Below, piece by piece: positions 58,803 to 64,000 of a DNA stretch of 64,000 nucleotides. The stretch covers positions 33,619 through 97,618 of the forward strand of contig JBBDPM010000001.1 in assembly GCA_040876345.1 (NCBI GenBank). The letters are read 5' to 3'. Position 1 is the first letter of the stretch. Every line of letters starts with the position of its first letter. Origin of the DNA: Candidatus Woykebacteria bacterium (GTDB taxonomy: Bacteria; Patescibacteriota; Microgenomatia; Woykebacterales; RBG-16-39-9b). Made by a program: the position numbers and the translations under genes. The notes below the pieces were generated by a model that was not told where the DNA came from, searched no databases, and worked only from the letters and a program-made list of their open reading frames with translations.

Positions 58803-59480
58803 ATGAAAATTACTAATATTGAGCCGCAGAAGAAAAAGCAGCGGTTTAATATTTTTTTGAACGGGGAGTTTAGTTTTGGAGTATCGGCTGACGTGTTGTT
58901 TGAGGAAAAATTGAAAGTTGGAAGGGATTTGGATGAAAGTGAAGTATCCAAGGTAATCGAGCAAGATCAGACTAAGCGGCTGCTCGATAAATCCTTGAGA
59001 CTTTTGTCGTATAGGCCCCGCAGTGAAAAAGAAGTTCGTGATTATTTACTCCGCAAGCAAAAAATAAAGGAAATTGAAAAATCTGAAGTAGAAAAAGCCC
59101 AATATGAAAAATCAATTGAAAGAGTTATCAGTCGGCTTAAAGATTTAGATCAGATCGATGATAAAGAATTTGCTCTTTGGTGGGCCGAGCAGAGGAGTAA
59201 GTTTAAACCACTAGGGCAGAGTTTGATAAAGCTAGAGTTACGGCAGAAAGGAATCGATGTGGATATTATTGAGGAGGTAGCAAAAGGGGCACAGGGGACA
59301 GAAGAGACAAATGGTTCTGAAGTAGAACTAGCGAAAAAGGCGGCTCTTAAAAAATTGGGTAGTTACAAAAATTTAGAAAAAGCAGAATTTAGGGTTAAAA
59401 TGGGGCAGTTTTTAGCAAGAAGAGGTTTTAGCTGGGATATCATCAAAAAGGTCGTTGACACCCTTTCTAAAAAGGGGTAA
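58803..59480 (+). CDS. recX: recombination regulator RecX
   Basis: 225 aa from MKITNIEPQKKK; RecX three-helix-repeat pattern; recA-proximal. Confidence 0.8.
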   Translation: MKITNIEPQKKKQRFNIFLNGEFSFGVSADVLFEEKLKVGRDLDESEVSKVIEQDQTKRLLDKSLRLLSYRPRSEKEVRDYLLRKQKIKEIEKSEVEKAQYEKSIERVISRLKDLDQIDDKEFALWWAEQRSKFKPLGQSLIKLELRQKGIDVDIIEEVAKGAQGTEETNGSEVELAKKAALKKLGSYKNLEKAEFRVKMGQFLARRGFSWDIIKKVVDTLSKKG

Positions 59481-59620
59481 AATGAGGCTGAAAGTTTTAT
59501 AAACTTTCTTGTTATATCAATCAATTTCTCCCCATTAGCTAAAGATGGGGGGAGCTCTGCTCCGTTGTTAAATTATTATGGCCAATCTTGATTTAGAAAG
59601 GTTTAAGGTGAAAATTTCTT

Positions 59621-61105
59621 ATGGATCCTGCATTAATGGCAGTCGGAGCCCTGGTAGTTGGGGCGGTGGTAGGGTTTGCATATCAAAACTTTGTTAAGAA
59701 GCAAACCCCGCAAAAATCTTCGGAAAAAGTAAGTTCAACTGAATCTTCCACAAAAGAGATAATAATCGAAGCAAAGGATGAGGCTTATAAAATTAAGCGT
59801 GAAGCTGAGGAAGAAGCCCGTAAAATTCGGGAAGAAGTAATAAAGCTTGAAGCAAGATTAGCCTCTCAAGAAGAAAATATCGAAAGAAAAACGGGTGAAA
59901 TTGAGCAAAAGGAAAAAACTCTAACAAATAATCTAGATGAGGCAGAGAAAACAAGAGCCGAGCTTGTCACAAAATTGGAAAAGGTAGCTGGAGTCACCAG
60001 AGAAGAGGCAAAAAAGCTCATTGTTGATGCCACCGAATCTCACCTGAAAGAAGAAATCTCCAGAAGAATCAAAGAGGCTGAAGAGCAGATAAAGAAAGAG
60101 TCGAGTGAAAAAGCCAAGAACATTCTTATTGATGCGATGCAGCATGGGGCGACAGATTACGTGGCAGAATACACCACAAGTACCATGAAACTTACTGATG
60201 ATGACATGAAAGGCCGAATTATTGGTAAGGAAGGAAGAAATATAAAGGCCTTTGAGGTCGCAACCGGGGTTGATGTTGATCTGGACGATCCTGGTATTGT
60301 GCGGCTTTCTTCATTTGATGGGGAGCGAAGAGAAGTTGCCAAAGTTAGCCTTGAGAAGCTTATGGCTGATGGTCGGATTCAACCAACAAGAATTGAGGAA
60401 GTGGTGGAGAGGGTCCGTAAAGAATTTGAAAGGATACGACGTGAAGAAGGGGAAAAACTTGCAAACGAAGTCGGTGCTCCTAATCTGCCACTTGAGATAT
60501 TAGAAACTTTGGGAAGGTTCAAATGGCGTTTTTCCTACGGACAGAATCTTTGGCTTCACACTTTGGAAGAGACAAAAATCGGTATGGCAATTGCTAGAGA
60601 AGTTGGAGCGGACGTTAACATTGTCCGTCTTGGTTGTCTGTTCCACGATATTGGTAAAGTATTTACCCCAGAGCAAGAAGGTACTCATGTTCAGGTCGGA
60701 GCAGATTTTCTAAAAAAGTTCAAGTTTGACCAAAGAGTTTCGGCAGCCGTCGAAGAACACCATGAGGATAAGCCATTTTCTGGGGTCGAGTCGGTGATTG
60801 TCTGGATCGCTGATGCCATATCTGGTTCTAGGCCAGGAGCAAGGCACGAGGCAATAGAAGATTACATCAAGCGAGTTACCGAGATAGAAAATGTGGCCAG
60901 TTCCTTCCGAGGTGTAGAAAAGTCTTTCGCCATTGCGGCCGGCCGTGAAGTGCGGGTAATCGTCATTCCGGAGCAAATAAGCGATGCCGATCTTACAAAA
61001 CTTGCCCATGATGTTGCCAATAAAATCCACGATTCGATAACTTATCCAGGGCAAGTCAAAGTGACGGTGGTTCGCGAGACCCGAGCTGAGTCAGTAGCCA
61101 GATAG
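59621..61105 (+). CDS. rny: ribonuclease Y
   Basis: 494 aa; N-terminal TM, coiled coil, KH (GKEGRNIKAFE), HD (LFHDIGK). Confidence 0.93.
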   Translation: MDPALMAVGALVVGAVVGFAYQNFVKKQTPQKSSEKVSSTESSTKEIIIEAKDEAYKIKREAEEEARKIREEVIKLEARLASQEENIERKTGEIEQKEKTLTNNLDEAEKTRAELVTKLEKVAGVTREEAKKLIVDATESHLKEEISRRIKEAEEQIKKESSEKAKNILIDAMQHGATDYVAEYTTSTMKLTDDDMKGRIIGKEGRNIKAFEVATGVDVDLDDPGIVRLSSFDGERREVAKVSLEKLMADGRIQPTRIEEVVERVRKEFERIRREEGEKLANEVGAPNLPLEILETLGRFKWRFSYGQNLWLHTLEETKIGMAIAREVGADVNIVRLGCLFHDIGKVFTPEQEGTHVQVGADFLKKFKFDQRVSAAVEEHHEDKPFSGVESVIVWIADAISGSRPGARHEAIEDYIKRVTEIENVASSFRGVEKSFAIAAGREVRVIVIPEQISDADLTKLAHDVANKIHDSITYPGQVKVTVVRETRAESVAR

Positions 61106-61184
61106 ACTGCAGCGTGGGCTCGGCTATGGCTAAGTGCTTTCCTAAATAGATACAAAAATCTTTGGTTTGTAAACGCAGAATTTT

Positions 61185-61976
61185 ATGAAAATCTTATTAA
61201 TCGGAGACATTGTTGCAAAACCTGGTCGCGAAGCGGTTAAAGAAGTCCTTCCAGGGTTAATTAAGAAAGAAAAAATCGATTTGGTGGTCGCTAATATTGA
61301 AAATCTTACTCACGGTAAAGGAGCGACGAAAGAAAAGGTGGAAGAGATGAGGGAGGCAGGAGCTGATATTTTCACTTCCGGTAATCACATCTGGTTTAGA
61401 AAAGAGTTTGTTGAGGTATTAAATAACGACCCAACCGTAATCCGGCCGGCAAATTACCCAGGAGATAACCCTGGATTTGGTTTTACCTATGCAAGTGTGG
61501 GGAAAGAAAAAGTTTTGGTCATTAATTTAATCGGTCGGCAGTGGATTGATGAACCAATCGATGATCCCTACCGGACGATAGACGCTCTATTACTTGATCA
61601 AGTTGAAAAAGAAAAACCCACAGCGATAGTTGTCGATTTTCATGCAGAGGCAACCAGTGAAAAGAACGCCCTTGGTTGGTTTCTTGATGGTAGGGTCAGT
61701 GCTATACTTGGCACCCACACCCATATACCAACAGCCGATCAATGGATTTTACCAAAAGGAACAGCGTTTGTTACTGATGTAGGTATGTCTGGCGCGCTCC
61801 ACTCGGTTTTAGGAGTTGAGCCCTCAATAATAATCGCAAAGCAAAAGAATCCGGGACCTTCTAAATTTGAATGGGTGGAGACTGGGCCAAGAGTGTTCAG
61901 GTCGGTTTTAATAGAGACAGATAAAAAAGGGCTTGCAAAATCAATCAAAAGGGTAGATAAATTATTAGGAGCGTAG
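61185..61976 (+). CDS. ymdB: YmdB-like metallophosphoesterase (TIGR00282 family; 2',3'-cNMP phosphodiesterase)
   Basis: 263 aa; MKILLIGDIVAKPGREAV; conserved rny-ymdB synteny. Confidence 0.85.
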   Translation: MKILLIGDIVAKPGREAVKEVLPGLIKKEKIDLVVANIENLTHGKGATKEKVEEMREAGADIFTSGNHIWFRKEFVEVLNNDPTVIRPANYPGDNPGFGFTYASVGKEKVLVINLIGRQWIDEPIDDPYRTIDALLLDQVEKEKPTAIVVDFHAEATSEKNALGWFLDGRVSAILGTHTHIPTADQWILPKGTAFVTDVGMSGALHSVLGVEPSIIIAKQKNPGPSKFEWVETGPRVFRSVLIETDKKGLAKSIKRVDKLLGA

Positions 61977-62054
61977 CGACCAGAAGGATAGGGTAGATAG
62001 AAATTTCCTGGTCATAAATTGGAACTATTTAACATCGAGGGGAGGTGAAAGAAA

Positions 62055-62330
62055 TTGCTCAAAGCAGATATTATTGAAAAAGTAGCAAAGGAAGCCCACT
62101 TAACTAAAAAAGCTGCCAAAGATGCAGTGGACGCAACTTTTGATACAGTCAACACCGCCCTAAAAAAAGGAGAAAAGGTGGTACTTTCAGGCTTTGGTAC
62201 CTTCATAATCCGGGGTAGAAAAGCTAGAGTCGGTCGAAATCCAAAGACGGGTAGTACAATTCAACTTCCGCAGATGAATACAATTGGGTTTCTTGCCTCA
62301 AAGTCTATGAAGAAATCAGTCCGCAAGTAA
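62055..62330 (+). CDS. hup: DNA-binding protein HU
   Basis: 91 aa; GFGTFIIRGRKARVGRNPKTG arm. Confidence 0.9.
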   Translation: MLKADIIEKVAKEAHLTKKAAKDAVDATFDTVNTALKKGEKVVLSGFGTFIIRGRKARVGRNPKTGSTIQLPQMNTIGFLASKSMKKSVRK

Positions 62331-62334
62331 CTTA

Positions 62335-63528
62335 ATGGGCCTACCGTGCGATTCTCTAAAAGTTATGGCAAAACTTAAATATTTTATTATCACATTTGGC
62401 TGTCAGCAAAATATGGCCGATTCTGAGCGTGTCGCCGGCGCATATGAATCGCGTAATTTTGTGAAGGCGCTTTCTTTAGAAAAGGCAGATCATATCGTAA
62501 TCAATACTTGTATGGTACGCCAACACGCTGAGGATAAGGTCTACGGCATTATGCAGAAATTAAAACCACTGAAAGAGGCGAACCCCAACTTTAAGTTAGT
62601 AGTTACTGGCTGTTTGGTGGGAGCAATGGCCCGTGATCCAAGCGGTAAAATGTATAAAATAATGAAGGCGAGACTGCCTTTGGTAGATGAGTTTTTGCCC
62701 ATAGATGAGGTTGGTTTTGACGTCCCGATAAAAAGAGAAGATAAAGAGCATGCGTGGGTGGTAATTTCCCAAGGCTGCAATAACTTCTGTACTTTTTGTA
62801 TTGTTCCTTTTACCCGGGGGCGAGAAATTTCTCGTCCATGGGCTGACATAATAAATGAGGTCGATGATCTTAAATCTAAGGATTACAAAAGGGTGACTTT
62901 GCTTGGGCAAAACGTGAATTCGTACGGTGCAGATTTTGTAAAAGAGTCTCTCAGAGACGGTTTTTACCAGTTGCCGGATGGCAGAGCAGTCCTTCCAGTT
63001 ATGGTTAAAATGTCCATGGGTCGCAAAAGAATCCCCACCATTTTCCCTTATCTTTTAGAAGAGGTGGTCAAAAAAGGTTTTGAAAAAGTATCGTTTCTTT
63101 CCAGTAACCCTTGGGATTTTTCGGATGAGCTGGTAGATGTTATTTCAAGAAACAACAATATAGATCGTTACATTCATCTGCCGGTGCAGTCTGGAGACGA
63201 TGCTATTTTGCGAAAGATGAACCGCTGGTATACGTCCGAAGAATATAAAGATTTAGTTAGGAGGATTCGGGCGAAAGTCGAAAACGTTGAAATTGGCACA
63301 GATTTGATTGTTGGTTTCCCTGGAGAGACAGAGGAGCAGTTTAATAATACGATGAGACTTGCAAAAGAAATTGGCTGGGCAGTTGCTTATATTGGTATGT
63401 ACTCGCCTCGCTCTGGAACAGCCTCCCACAAAAATTTTCCAGATGAAGTCACACGAGCTGAGAAACTGCGCCGTTTTCACATCCTAGATGACCTAATCAA
63501 CAAACAAAAAGTTGGAGTACCTTCCTAA
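62335..63528 (+). CDS. radical-SAM methylthiotransferase, MiaB/RimO family (start possibly 62365)
   Basis: UPF0004 N-domain FGCQQNMADSE; radical SAM CNNFCTFC. Confidence 0.8.
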   Translation: MGLPCDSLKVMAKLKYFIITFGCQQNMADSERVAGAYESRNFVKALSLEKADHIVINTCMVRQHAEDKVYGIMQKLKPLKEANPNFKLVVTGCLVGAMARDPSGKMYKIMKARLPLVDEFLPIDEVGFDVPIKREDKEHAWVVISQGCNNFCTFCIVPFTRGREISRPWADIINEVDDLKSKDYKRVTLLGQNVNSYGADFVKESLRDGFYQLPDGRAVLPVMVKMSMGRKRIPTIFPYLLEEVVKKGFEKVSFLSSNPWDFSDELVDVISRNNNIDRYIHLPVQSGDDAILRKMNRWYTSEEYKDLVRRIRAKVENVEIGTDLIVGFPGETEEQFNNTMRLAKEIGWAVAYIGMYSPRSGTASHKNFPDEVTRAEKLRRFHILDDLINKQKVGVPS

Positions 63529-63636
63529 GAAAACCTTCAAAGAGGTTTGCTTGGGAAGTGGCCCGATATTGTCAGTCCTTTGAATTGAAATTTAGAGGTG
63601 GGGAAAGTGGGAGTGAACTCGTATAGTCGTGTATTA

Positions 63637-63990
63637 TCACCCCTGACTAATCCTTGATCTCGCAGCCTCAATGAATTCTTTTAAAATCGTTCCTGTTTTT
63701 CCAAAGTCTTCATTATTAAACATCTGATGTATTTCGTTAGTAACCGCTGTGGATCCAGGTACCAGTGCTAGTTCTAACTCTCTAAGCAATCTACCCATAG
63801 TTTCTTTGCTCATCTCCCTTTCAACTAAATTTCCACTCGCATCAGTCCCCATTACATCCTCTACAAATAATTTACTTTGTTTTGCTAAACCTTCTTTAAC
63901 AGTGTGATCTATCGATTTTTCCTTCTTAGGGATTTGTAGGCCCTCATCTGGGAGGTTTACAGCCATTGGTTTCTCAGAGTGCAAACCCAT
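63637..63990 (-). CDS. hypothetical protein
   Basis: 117-aa ORF near window edge. Confidence 0.35.
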   Translation of the reverse strand: MGLHSEKPMAVNLPDEGLQIPKKEKSIDHTVKEGLAKQSKLFVEDVMGTDASGNLVEREMSKETMGRLLRELELALVPGSTAVTNEIHQMFNNEDFGKTGTILKEFIEAARSRISQG

Positions 63991-64000
63991 ATCTTCGGGA

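Overview
This window looks like a small, low-GC (~40%) bacterial genome with Candidate Phyla Radiation (CPR)/Patescibacteria-like traits: no L30, a zinc-type S14, and mostly leaderless promoters of the extended -10 + ATG kind. Positions 1-27.3 kb are the conserved core. It holds the 3' end of rpoC, then a 4.4-kb insert (cyclophilin, metallopeptidase, RRM protein, malic enzyme, amino-acid dehydrogenase, one GC-rich ORF). After that come the str operon (rpsL-rpsG-fusA-tuf), rpsJ, and the full S10/spc/alpha ribosomal cluster (rplC...rpsI with secY, adk, map, infA, rpmJ, rpoA). Positions 27.3-56.5 kb are accessory. They contain RelE/Phd and two VapBC-type toxin-antitoxin pairs, an ArsR-SRPBCC-VOC-DHFR-like-DUF1801 cluster, two NUDIX hydrolases, two nucleoside-deoxyribosyltransferase-like paralogs, and HIT, GNAT, RidA, ALDH, 2-hydroxyacid dehydrogenase, def and CopC/cupredoxin genes. 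The most interesting feature is a tRNA-Pro(GGG) at 37656-37730 followed by about 17 kb of gene cassettes. Each cassette (1-6 genes, mixed orientation) is separated from the next by a copy of a ~150-bp repeat, all in the same direction. The repeat carries tRNA-3'-end-like ACCA junctions and TIR-like ends (GCCAGAGGTTC / GAACCTCTGAGGC). Most cassette genes are driven by a reused ~35-nt promoter-plus-leaderless-start module (ACACCAAAAATGCTAGAATGGCAGCTATGAA). No integrase or transposase lies within the array. I read this as a cassette-accretion system that has not, to my knowledge, been described. Positions 56.5-64 kb hold recA, a GC-rich insert splitting recA from recX, then rny, ymdB, hup and a MiaB-like radical-SAM enzyme. 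Other points: an epimerase is frameshifted at a T10 run, an SRPBCC gene has an in-frame TAA, there are three GC-rich (~55-60%) foreign islets, and def has Cys-to-Asp in its metal-binding motif. I found no rRNA genes and no CRISPR array.
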